The notes: generated by a model from the letters alone, not told the origin. Shown: positions 1-8,233, counted from the first letter of the stretch. The stretch is 35,234 bases of DNA from an uncultured Candidatus Saccharibacteria bacterium (GCA_964454705.1 CAYVXU010000003.1:16180-51413), one strand, 5' to 3'. Numbers and translations: made by a program.

Positions 1-40
1 GCTCATTTCGTCATTTGACATTGATTTGACATTTGGATTT

Positions 41-65
41 CCCGCATTTGTTTTACAAATGCGGG
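41..65 (-). terminator. Stem-loop immediately after the nrdJ stop codon (possible terminator, no U-run)
   Basis: cccgcatttgt / acaaatgcggg form an 11-bp perfect stem with a 3-nt loop, directly abutting the TAG stop at 66-68. No T-run follows it on the minus strand. Confidence 0.35.
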
Positions 66-3000
66 CTATTGGCATGCCTCGCAGTTTGGATCATCAATCC
101 GGCAGAGTTTCAGTTCTTTTTTTGGTGTTGCGGCAGAGGAAGGATGCGATAGCGGCGTCTCATTGGCATTGGTGAGCACATTCCCGATATGGGCAAACCC
201 CGGGATGGGTTGCTCGTGTTGAAGCGCGGCGGCTGCAGGAGGTATGTACATCTGCGAAGACGGCGCCGAAGCGCTTATATCCTGCAGCGGCTGCATCCCT
301 GCCGGCTGTGGAGCCATACCTTCAAGTACCACCGCTTCAGGAAGCTCGTGAGGTGCAGCTTGGGGAGTCACCTGCGCTGCGCTTGCCTGGCGGATATGGG
401 TAACCCCATACACCGCGGTACTCACCGTCGCCTTTTCAACCTGTGAAGCGGCGAGGGTACGGAGGTAATAGGTGGTTTTAAGCCCCATTTCCCATGCGTA
501 CTGGTAAATTTCATCAAGCTGTTTTCCCGATGAACCAATAAAGAAAATATTAAGCGATTGGCTCTGATCAATCCATTTCCCCCGATATGCTGCGGCTTTA
601 ATGAGCCACTTTGGATTAATCTCAAAGACTTCTTTGTATTTCTCGCGCAGATGGGCGGGAATTTCGGATATCGCGTGCACGCTTCCGTCGTGGTATTTCA
701 GCTTTCCGAGCATCTCAAAATCCCATAGGTTGAGCGTTCGCAGATCTTCCACAAGGTACGGATTCACCACCGTAAAATCCCCGCTCACGTTTGCCTTCAC
801 GTAGATATTTTTATAGACCGGTTCGATAGTGGGAAGGCACCCAGCGATGTTCGAGATGGTCGCGGTAGGAGCAATCGCCATGCAGTTGGAGTTGCGCATC
901 CCGTACTGGCGGATGGATTCGCGTACTATGTTCCAGTCCATGCGGCTCGTGCGTGGTACGTCAATTTTCATGCCGCGTTCCTCTTCAAGCAGCCCAAGGG
1001 TATCGAGGGGCAAAATTCCCCGATCCCACTTTGAACCGCGGTAGGTCTCATACGTACCGCGCTCTTTTGCAAGCTGTGAGGAAGCGAGAATTGCATAGTA
1101 CGAGATCGCCTCCATGCTGGTATCAGCAAACACGATACACTCCTCCGAATCAAACTGAATATCCAGTAGATACAGCGCATCCTGAAATCCCATGATGCCA
1201 AGCCCCACAGGACGGTGCCGGAGATTTGAGTTTCTCGCTTCGGCGGTAGGGTAGTAATTAATATCAATAACATTGTCGAGCATCCGCATCGCCGTGGTGA
1301 CGGTGTCTTTCACAAGGTCGAGATCGAGCGACTTCCCGCGAATATGACGACCAAGATTTACCGAGCCAAGATTGCACACCGCGGTCTCTTCTGCGGTGGT
1401 ATTGAGCGTTATCTCGGTACAGAGATTCGAGCTATGCACCACTCCCACGTGATCCTGCGGAGAGCGAATATTGCACGGATCTTTAAAGGTGATCCATGGG
1501 TGGCCGGTTTCAAAGAGCATGGTAAGCATCTTTCGCCACAGGTCCCGCGCGCTCACACGTTTCCATAGGTAAATTGCCCCCGCATCGGCTTCGCGCTCAT
1601 ATTCTTGATACCGCGCTTCAAACCGCTTGCCGTAGAGATGATGCAGGTCCGGCACCTCGTCGGGCGAAAAGAGCGTCCAATCGCCGTCTTCACGCACCCG
1701 CTTCATAAAGAGATCGGGAATCCAGTTTGCCGTATCCATATCATGCGTGCGGCGGCGCTCATCGCCGGTGTTCTTGCGCAACTCAATAAAATCCTCAATA
1801 TCGTAGTGCCACGTCTCGAGATACGCGCATGTCGCACCCCGGCGGCGGCCGCTGCGGTTAATGGACACCGTAGTGTCGTTCGCGATCTTCAGAAACGGAA
1901 TCACGCCTTGGCTCTCCACACCGGTCGTACGGATAAGGGAGCCGGTTGCACGGATATTCGTCCAGTCATTCCCCAGCCCCCCGGACCATTTTGAAAGCTG
2001 GGCGTTATCGGCAATCGATTTGAAAATATTATCAAGCGAATCAAGCACTGTAGTAATGTAGCAGGAGCTCAACTGTGGATGATGGGTACCGGAATGGAAG
2101 AGCGTGGGAGTGGAAGGAACAAAACGGAAGGTCGAAATCATCTCATAAAAACGCGCGGCAGCCTCGGTTTTGTTCTTCTCAAGGAGAGCAAGCCCCATCG
2201 CGACGCGCATCCACATCGCTTGCGGAGTTTCAAAGAGTTCTTTTGTCTGCGGATCGCGGGTGAGATAGCGGTCATGGAGCGTCTGCAGCCCGAGGTAGTA
2301 AAAGAGATCATCCCGGTCCGGATTGAGCTTGAGGCTTAAGCCATGGAGATCCATATCGAGAAGCCGCGAATCAAACCGTCCTGCTTCCACGCCCTTTTTG
2401 ATATTGCGCACGAATGCCTCCCGGTATGCGGCGTGAAGCGCATGCACATCCACCTCCGGCCCCACCACCTCTTTGTAGATCTGGGTAAGCAGGAGGCGTG
2501 AGGCAACACGCGAGTACGCAGGATCCTGCTCAATAAACGAACGCACCGTCATCATGAGGGCACGCGCGATGTCTTTGGTGGAAATATTGTCGTAGAGTTC
2601 GGCACGGCACTGTTCAGTAACTGCCTGCACATCCACAATATGCTCGAAGCCCCGTATCGCCCATGAAAGCGACTGCGCAAGTTTTTCCATTGAAAACTTC
2701 TCGCGCTCACCGGAACGCTTGGTAACAAAAAGATCATCGGTCTCGATTTTGCGCTGTACGGCCTCCTTCTCTTTTTCCCGGCGCTTGGCATGCTCATAAC
2801 GGTAAAGAATATACGCCTTCGCCACATCGAAAAATCCGTCCTGCATGATTGCGGTCTCTACGAGGTCCTGCGCATCTTCTACTCCCGGTGTGGTCTCCGG
2901 GAACAGCTGTTCGAGGTCACGAACCACTTTCTCGGTAAGTTCGGTGATCCGCTTGTCTTCGGCGCTTCCCCGCACGGCGAGAAACGCCTTCTGCATGGCA

Positions 3001-3074
3001 AGCGTAATCTTTTCAGGTTCAAAATCGACCACTACACCGTTTCGCTTCCTGATTTTTGAAATAATAGTCCGCAT
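66..3074 (-). CDS. nrdJ: Class II (adenosylcobalamin-dependent) ribonucleotide reductase with N-terminal ATP-cone
   Basis: 1002-aa ORF. N-terminal ATP-cone (MRTIISKIRKRNGVVVDFEPEKI...), a long RNR catalytic core, and a C-terminal redox tail ...CRIDDPNCEACQ. It starts 21 nt downstream of nrdR. Confidence 0.9.
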   Translation of the reverse strand: MRTIISKIRKRNGVVVDFEPEKITLAMQKAFLAVRGSAEDKRITELTEKVVRDLEQLFPETTPGVEDAQDLVETAIMQDGFFDVAKAYILYRYEHAKRREKEKEAVQRKIETDDLFVTKRSGEREKFSMEKLAQSLSWAIRGFEHIVDVQAVTEQCRAELYDNISTKDIARALMMTVRSFIEQDPAYSRVASRLLLTQIYKEVVGPEVDVHALHAAYREAFVRNIKKGVEAGRFDSRLLDMDLHGLSLKLNPDRDDLFYYLGLQTLHDRYLTRDPQTKELFETPQAMWMRVAMGLALLEKNKTEAAARFYEMISTFRFVPSTPTLFHSGTHHPQLSSCYITTVLDSLDNIFKSIADNAQLSKWSGGLGNDWTNIRATGSLIRTTGVESQGVIPFLKIANDTTVSINRSGRRRGATCAYLETWHYDIEDFIELRKNTGDERRRTHDMDTANWIPDLFMKRVREDGDWTLFSPDEVPDLHHLYGKRFEARYQEYEREADAGAIYLWKRVSARDLWRKMLTMLFETGHPWITFKDPCNIRSPQDHVGVVHSSNLCTEITLNTTAEETAVCNLGSVNLGRHIRGKSLDLDLVKDTVTTAMRMLDNVIDINYYPTAEARNSNLRHRPVGLGIMGFQDALYLLDIQFDSEECIVFADTSMEAISYYAILASSQLAKERGTYETYRGSKWDRGILPLDTLGLLEEERGMKIDVPRTSRMDWNIVRESIRQYGMRNSNCMAIAPTATISNIAGCLPTIEPVYKNIYVKANVSGDFTVVNPYLVEDLRTLNLWDFEMLGKLKYHDGSVHAISEIPAHLREKYKEVFEINPKWLIKAAAYRGKWIDQSQSLNIFFIGSSGKQLDEIYQYAWEMGLKTTYYLRTLAASQVEKATVSTAVYGVTHIRQASAAQVTPQAAPHELPEAVVLEGMAPQPAGMQPLQDISASAPSSQMYIPPAAAALQHEQPIPGFAHIGNVLTNANETPLSHPSSAATPKKELKLCRIDDPNCEACQ

Positions 3075-3095
3075 ACATATATGCTCGCCGCACGC

Positions 3096-3548
3096 TCAGC
3101 GTTTGGTGAGTTTTTTAATCTCACGGTCGAAACCTTTAATGCTTTTAAAATCGAGGTACACGGAGGCAAAACGGATATACGCAACGTCATCAAGCTCCCG
3201 AAGGTGCCTTAGCACTGCTTTGCCGATGAGTGACGAGGGTATAACCCGTTTCCCCTCTTTGGTAATCTCCTGCTCAATTGAGGTAATGAGGCGCTGGATG
3301 GCCGCCTCGGAGAAAGGCCGCTTCTCGTGCGCCTTGCGAATCCCCGCCTCTAGTTTCTCGCGGCGGTACGGCTCGCGTGCTCCTTTTTTCTTTTTTACAA
3401 AAAAATGGGTGAGTTCGCGCTGTTCGTAGGTACTGAACCGCGCATGGCATTTTTCACACTCCCGCCGCCGTCGCACCTGCGAGCCTCCGGAGATGATGCG
3501 CGAATCGGTTACTCTCGTCTCTGCATGGCCACAGTAAGGACATTTCAT
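3096..3548 (-). CDS. nrdR: Transcriptional repressor NrdR (zinc ribbon plus ATP-cone)
   Basis: 150 aa. MKCPYCGHAETRVTDSR...CEKCHARFSTYE matches the zinc-ribbon signature and is followed by an ATP-cone. The gene ends in TGA. Confidence 0.95.
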   Translation of the reverse strand: MKCPYCGHAETRVTDSRIISGGSQVRRRRECEKCHARFSTYEQRELTHFFVKKKKGAREPYRREKLEAGIRKAHEKRPFSEAAIQRLITSIEQEITKEGKRVIPSSLIGKAVLRHLRELDDVAYIRFASVYLDFKSIKGFDREIKKLTKR

Positions 3549-3643
3549 TCGTGCAGTAAACGCTTATCTAATAAACTTACTAGTGATATTATGGCTTTTA
3601 AAAGCCGCTATTCTGCTCTTCTGGCCCTTACTTTCAAAAAATA

Positions 3644-3659
3644 GTACTATATATAGTAT
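3644..3659. promoter_or_regulatory. NrdR box (operator) upstream of nrdR-nrdJ
   Basis: gTACTATATATAGTAt contains a 14-bp perfect palindrome (3645-3658) whose core CTATATATAG fits the published NrdR-box core CwAtATaTwG. It lies about 100 nt upstream of the nrdR ATG and overlaps a possible minus-strand promoter, TTGTAG-17-TACTAT. Confidence 0.6.
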
Positions 3660-3788
3660 GATAAATAATTTCTTCCTACAATCCTTCTCCATTGTATCCG
3701 TGCAGGGTGTTCTGTCAAGCAATGAAAAATACATGAAATCTACCTTGTTTAGTGATGATTTTGCACAAACTGTGGATAAGTTGAGTGG

Positions 3789-3899
3789 GGGCCTGCCTGC
3801 TTTTCTAGCGAATCATCATGGAGAAGTCCTTTTCGTGCCGGAACGGCAAATAAAGAAGTGAGGCTCCATGGCCGATTCGTCTGAAAAGCAGGCAGGTCT
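3789..3899 (+). ncRNA. Candidate structured RNA / conserved extended hairpin, copy A (family unknown)
   Basis: Nested pairings: P1 3792-3805/3883-3896 (14 bp), P2 3809-3814/3874-3879, P3 3817-3823/3864-3870, and an apical hairpin at 3837-3847. A second copy at 10970-11082 (-) shows compensatory changes. Confidence 0.5.
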
Positions 3900-3947
3900 A
3901 AGAGGGGGCTTGGCTATTTAAGAAGGTAGCATTTGAGGTAAAATTTG

Positions 3948-3976
3948 TTGACATGCTAAATCTTATATGATATAAG
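3948..3976 (+). promoter_or_regulatory. Sigma-70-type promoter for the 4051 gene
   Basis: TTGACA (3948-3953), a 17-nt spacer ending in TGa (extended -10), then TATAAG (3971-3976). It sits about 75 nt upstream of the GTG start at 4051. Confidence 0.45.
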
Positions 3977-4050
3977 TTTATATAGGTGGAATATAAGGTA
4001 TTTCTCCCCTATTTATTTAGCTATATTTATCCATCTAACAAACTACCAAC

Positions 4051-5109
4051 GTGGCAAACAACCACCCCCACAAAGTAGTCGAGGACGTCGTAAGACGACT
4101 TCCCCAAAGACCCCAGGACGTTATCATAAAACGCTTTGGGCTTGTTGATGGTGTCCGCAGGACGCTTGAATCCATCGGCCGCGAAGAGGGCATCACCCGC
4201 GAACGGGTACGGCAAATCGAGGCGGATGGCTTCCGGCATCTGCGCGCCAAGAAGGTTGAGGACCGGCTGCGCCCTTATCTTGACCGGCTCCACAAATATA
4301 TCGCCGAACGGGGCCATGTCGTGCGAGAATCACAGATATTCCGTGATCTCGGGCATGAGTTCGAACCCCGTTTTACAGGCAACGAAGAGTACCATCCGAC
4401 TATTTATTTTTTGCTTTCATACGGCGAGCCGTTTACCCGTGTCAGTGAATCCCCTAAGTTCCATGCGGCATGGGCAATTGACCGCGGGCGGCACGAGAAG
4501 GCCCAGCTTGCGCTTGAAAAGTTAGTAAAAGATCTTGAAGCAAAGAAATACCCGCACACGGAAGAAGAACTTACCGCCTCGCTTCGTACCGTATGCACGG
4601 AGGTGTTTGGCGAGTCGGTGCCTACCGAAGCATGCCGCGCCTACATCGGCATCTCCCGCGATATCCTTAAAAGTCCCTTTGGCCATTATGGACTTCGGCA
4701 GTGGGCGGAAATCAACCCGCGCGGAGTGCGCGATAAGGCCTATCTTGTGCTGCAGCGCGCAGCGAAACCCCTTCACTTCCGGGAGGTGACGGAGGAGATC
4801 AATAAAACAGGGTTTGCAAAGAGAACGGCGCATCCGCAAACGGTGCATAATGAACTCATTAAAGATCCGCGTTTTATTTTGGTAGGCCGCGGGAAATACG
4901 CATTGCGCGACTGGGGATATGAACCGGGTACGGTACGCGACGTACTCATCCGGATTTTAAAGGATGCTCCCCGTCCTCTTACCCGTGACGAGGTTATCGC
5001 GAAAGTGCTTGAGCAGCGGTTCGTGAAGCCTAACACCGTAGTGCTCAATTTGCAGAATAAGAACTACTTTAGGAGAGATGAGGGGGGTAGGTACACCGTG
5101 CGCGTCTAA
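4051..5109 (+). CDS. DNA-binding protein: N-terminal sigma-70 region-4 HTH plus C-terminal HARE-HTH / winged-helix repeats
   Basis: LPQRPQDVIIKRFGLVDGVRRTLESIGREEGITRERVRQIEADGFRHLR is a typical sigma70_r4 segment. KPLHFREVTEEI...HNELIKDPRFILVGRGKYALRDWGY is HARE-HTH-like. GTG start. Confidence 0.75.
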   Translation: MANNHPHKVVEDVVRRLPQRPQDVIIKRFGLVDGVRRTLESIGREEGITRERVRQIEADGFRHLRAKKVEDRLRPYLDRLHKYIAERGHVVRESQIFRDLGHEFEPRFTGNEEYHPTIYFLLSYGEPFTRVSESPKFHAAWAIDRGRHEKAQLALEKLVKDLEAKKYPHTEEELTASLRTVCTEVFGESVPTEACRAYIGISRDILKSPFGHYGLRQWAEINPRGVRDKAYLVLQRAAKPLHFREVTEEINKTGFAKRTAHPQTVHNELIKDPRFILVGRGKYALRDWGYEPGTVRDVLIRILKDAPRPLTRDEVIAKVLEQRFVKPNTVVLNLQNKNYFRRDEGGRYTVRV

Positions 5110-5199
5110 TCCACATAGCCGCTTCATTGAGATTCGTCTTTCGCTCCTGAAGCTTCTGCCAAGATCAGTACCAATCTAAGTCGGATCCCGACTACCGGA

Positions 5200-6468
5200 A
5201 TGTTATTTGAACCATTCGTTGTTATTGGAGGGCTGATTTTGAAGTACTGGTGGCTTCTTGCGCCGGTGCTCCTTTTTCCGCTGGCGTGGTATTTATGGGT
5301 TTTATACGTACAAAGTATCTATGCCGTCTCCCGGGTATGGGATACCTTTGAGATCCGCATTCCTAAGGAGGTAGAAAAGAGCCCCAAAGCCATGGAGCAG
5401 GTATTTGCCGCGCTCCACGGTATTCACAGCGGGAAAAATCTTATTGAGCAGTACTGGAAAGGAGAGTTTCAGGATCACGTAAGTTTTGAAATTGTAGGCA
5501 CCGAGGGGGAAACTCATTTTGCCGTCCATGCCCCCCGCAAATACCGTCGCATCATCGAGGCACAAATCTATGCCCAGTATCCGGATGCAGAGATTTCTGA
5601 TACGGAAGACTACACGAAGCGCCTTCCTTCTGAACTTCCCGATGAGGAATATGATATGTGGGGCACTGAACTTGAACTTACCAAACCTGATGCCTATCCT
5701 ATCCGGACCTACATGGCCTTTGAAGAAACCTTGTTGGAGCGACGTATTGATCCTATTGCTTCTTTACTCGAACTCTTCAGTAGCCTCCGGAGCCGGGAAC
5801 ATATATGGATCCAGTTTCTGCTTAAGCCTGTTACGGACGAGTGGAAAAAAGAAGGGGAAGAGATTATCGCCAAGATGGTCAAACAGCAGCGGCCCTCCCC
5901 GAGGAGCTTTTTTGCACCGGTTACCGACCTTATCCGCGATGTCGGGTCAATTCTTACGGGACTCGGCGGAGGCGAAGCCGAAGAAAGAGCTCCCGGAAAG
6001 GAGACTATCTTCAGCGATCTTACCGTAGGACAGCAGAAGATCGTGGAGGCGATTGAATTCAATATTGCAAAGCTCGGTTTTGAAACACGAATCCGGATTC
6101 TCTATATCGCGCCCCGGAGTATCATCGCCCGCGCCACCATCTCGGGCATCTTTGGGGCATTCAAGCAATTCGGTTCCACCAACTTAAATGGATTTAAACC
6201 CAATAAGAAAGTGAGTACGAAGATTGACTACTTTTTTGTAAAGACCCGGGAACTCTATCGAAAGCAAAAAATCTACAAAGCCTATCGCGGAAGAAGCTTT
6301 GTGACCGCAAATCCCGGCATATTCCGCCCCGATAAACTCTTTGTGCTCAATACCGAGGAACTCGCTACGGTCTATCACTTCCCGGGGCTTGTTGCGCGCG
6401 CCCCCCTCATACCCCGCATTGAAGCCAAGAAAGCCGAGCCCCCCTCACGACTCCCGCGGGTGGAGTAA
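5200..6468 (+). CDS. Membrane protein (two N-terminal TM helices) partnered with the downstream coupling-protein-like ATPase
   Basis: 422 aa. Hydrophobic N-terminus (VVIGGLILKYWWLLAPVLLFPLAWYLWVLYV), then FEIRIPKEVEKSPKAMEQVFAALHG. It is 64 nt upstream of the ATPase on the same strand. Confidence 0.7.
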   Translation: MLFEPFVVIGGLILKYWWLLAPVLLFPLAWYLWVLYVQSIYAVSRVWDTFEIRIPKEVEKSPKAMEQVFAALHGIHSGKNLIEQYWKGEFQDHVSFEIVGTEGETHFAVHAPRKYRRIIEAQIYAQYPDAEISDTEDYTKRLPSELPDEEYDMWGTELELTKPDAYPIRTYMAFEETLLERRIDPIASLLELFSSLRSREHIWIQFLLKPVTDEWKKEGEEIIAKMVKQQRPSPRSFFAPVTDLIRDVGSILTGLGGGEAEERAPGKETIFSDLTVGQQKIVEAIEFNIAKLGFETRIRILYIAPRSIIARATISGIFGAFKQFGSTNLNGFKPNKKVSTKIDYFFVKTRELYRKQKIYKAYRGRSFVTANPGIFRPDKLFVLNTEELATVYHFPGLVARAPLIPRIEAKKAEPPSRLPRVE

Positions 6469-6532
6469 GATGTCTTATCTATTGATACGCGTACTCGCTT
6501 TCTCTCTCGCAATGCGTTAGAATATTTTTGAT

Positions 6533-8233
6533 ATGAATCCAGAACCTACCGTGCAAGCTCCATTAGTACCCCAGCAGGAAGAAATCACGGTCTTTGCAGA
6601 GACCAATTTTCGCAACCGCCGGATTCCCTTCGGCATCAAACGGCGGGACCGGCGCCAACACATGTATGTGATCGGCAAAACCGGCATGGGGAAGACCACC
6701 TTTCTTGAAAACCTGGCAGCACAGGATCTGCAGCGCGGCAACGGAGTGGGCATTGTGGACCCGCACGGCGAATTTGCTGAAAAAATGCTCGATGTCATAC
6801 CAATGTCGCGTACGAATGACGTGATTTATTTCAACCCGGCGGACCTCAATTACCCTATTGCCTTTAATGTGATGGAAAAGGTTGATCCGGAGTATCGGCA
6901 TCTCGTAGCGTCGGGTCTGGTGGGCGTTTTTAAAAAGCTCTGGGCAGAAACATGGGGCCCGCGCCTTGAATACGTGCTCCGCAACGCAATTCTCGCGCTT
7001 CTCGAATACCCCGGCTCCACGCTCCTATCCATTATGCGGATGCTTACCGATAAGGATTTCAGGAAGAAAGTAATTGCCTATATTAAAGACCCGGTCGTAA
7101 AGGCATTTTGGACCGATGAATTTCAGAAGTATCCTGACCGGTTCATGGCCGAAGCAGTCGCTCCGATTCAGAATAAGGTGGGACAATTTATCACAAGCCC
7201 CCTTATCCGCAACATCATCGGCCAGACCAAGTCAGCCGTGGATATGCGGGAGGTGATGGATCAGGGCAAGATTCTTATCATGAACCTCTCCAAAGGCAGG
7301 ATTGGAGAAGATAACTCTGCGCTCCTCGGGGCCATGCTCATCACCAAAATACAGCTTGCCGCCATGAGCCGTGTGGATGTCCCTGAATCAGAACGGAGAG
7401 ACTTTTACCTTTACGTAGACGAGTTTCAAAATTTCGCAACAGAGTCGTTTGCAACTATTCTCTCGGAGGCGAGAAAATACCGCCTCAACCTCGTGCTCGC
7501 CCATCAGTATATTACGCAGATGAGCGAGACAGTCCGTGATGCGGTGTTTGGAAACGTCGGCACGATGATATGCTTCCGGATCGGTGCCGCTGACGCTGAA
7601 TTCCTTGAAAAAGAATTTCAGCCGGAGCTTACCGCCGATGATCTGGTGAATCTTGGATTTCCAAACGTCTACCTCAAGCTGCTCATCGACGGTGTGGCTT
7701 CACGCCCGTTTAGCGCGACTACCCTCCCGCCCATCGCAAAAAGCGAGGTGAGTAACAAAGAGGTGATTATACGGGTATCCCGCGAGCGGTACGCGAGCGA
7801 CCGTGAGGAGGTAGAAGATAAAATCGCGCGCTGGAGCGGCATGGTGGAGGAGTCCGCCGAGAGGGCAGATATGCGGGGAGGCGCTTCCCTCCCGCGACGC
7901 AGTGATACCTCTGCAGCGCACGAACCCCGCGATACCGCACCCTCTGCGCCCCCGAGAAGGGGGGGAGAAGATGAGCGGCGAAGCGGACGCAGGGAGCCCC
8001 GAGGCGGCCGGCGTGAACTGCGTGACAAAGCTCCTCAAATTCACTCTGAGCCAAAGATTCTTGACGACGGCTCAAAGAAGGTTTCGCTGGCTCAAGCCCT
8101 GAAACAGACACCGGCTCCTCTGCAACCTGCGCATGACTCCGGCGGTGAAAAAAAACGCAAAGAGGTAAACCTCGAAGAGCTCCGGCAGCTGCTCACCGAT
8201 GTCACTAAAGGTGGTGAAGAGCAGAGGAGTTAG
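6533..8233 (+). CDS. VirD4/TraG/TraD-family (type IV coupling protein-like) P-loop ATPase lacking its own TM segment
   Basis: Walker A VIGKTGMGKTT and Walker B FYLYVDEFQNF, followed by ARKYRLNLVLAHQY. The C-terminal ~130 aa form an Arg/Glu/Gly-rich low-complexity tail. Confidence 0.85.
   Translation: MNPEPTVQAPLVPQQEEITVFAETNFRNRRIPFGIKRRDRRQHMYVIGKTGMGKTTFLENLAAQDLQRGNGVGIVDPHGEFAEKMLDVIPMSRTNDVIYFNPADLNYPIAFNVMEKVDPEYRHLVASGLVGVFKKLWAETWGPRLEYVLRNAILALLEYPGSTLLSIMRMLTDKDFRKKVIAYIKDPVVKAFWTDEFQKYPDRFMAEAVAPIQNKVGQFITSPLIRNIIGQTKSAVDMREVMDQGKILIMNLSKGRIGEDNSALLGAMLITKIQLAAMSRVDVPESERRDFYLYVDEFQNFATESFATILSEARKYRLNLVLAHQYITQMSETVRDAVFGNVGTMICFRIGAADAEFLEKEFQPELTADDLVNLGFPNVYLKLLIDGVASRPFSATTLPPIAKSEVSNKEVIIRVSRERYASDREEVEDKIARWSGMVEESAERADMRGGASLPRRSDTSAAHEPRDTAPSAPPRRGGEDERRSGRREPRGGRRELRDKAPQIHSEPKILDDGSKKVSLAQALKQTPAPLQPAHDSGGEKKRKEVNLEELRQLLTDVTKGGEEQRS

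Noticed and set aside
66-3074. An intein in the long nrdJ gene
   Set aside because: No intein splice-junction or homing-endonuclease-like blocks are visible. The excess length is explained by the ATP-cone and the C-terminal low-complexity linker.
3071-3084. Near-palindrome gcatacatatatgc at the nrdJ start as a second NrdR box
   Set aside because: The palindrome is imperfect, and the 10-nt core CwAtATaTwG does not fit because only an 8-nt CATATATG is present. It overlaps the start codon rather than a promoter.
3096-3098. Alternative genetic code (TGA as a sense codon, as in some CPR lineages)
   Set aside because: TGA ends full-length NrdR at the expected length, and also ends the DM13 gene at 31896. 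Gene lengths are normal under the standard code.
3583-3861. 92-aa ORF on the + strand in the nrdR / 4051 intergenic region
   Set aside because: It has no ribosome-binding site and its sequence has no protein-like features. It overlaps the NrdR box and the 5' half of the conserved hairpin. The homologous copy B has a stop and a non-multiple-of-3 indel in the corresponding frame.
3789-3899. Identification of the hairpin element as SRP (4.5S) RNA, tmRNA, 6S RNA, or a hammerhead or twister ribozyme
   Set aside because: SRP RNA should be single-copy, with a GNRA (GGAA) tetraloop and an AGCA-containing symmetric loop. Here the apical loop is gaa/ggaac and there are two diverged copies. The tmRNA 5' GGGG...3' CCA ends are absent. 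CUGA occurs only in copy A, so there is no conserved CUGAUGA/GAAA core.
5131-5141. GATTCGTCTTT, an 11-nt match to the 3' block of copy B, as a third or relic copy of the element
   Set aside because: Only this one block matches. There are no flanking P1/P2/P3 partners or other conserved blocks, so it could be chance.
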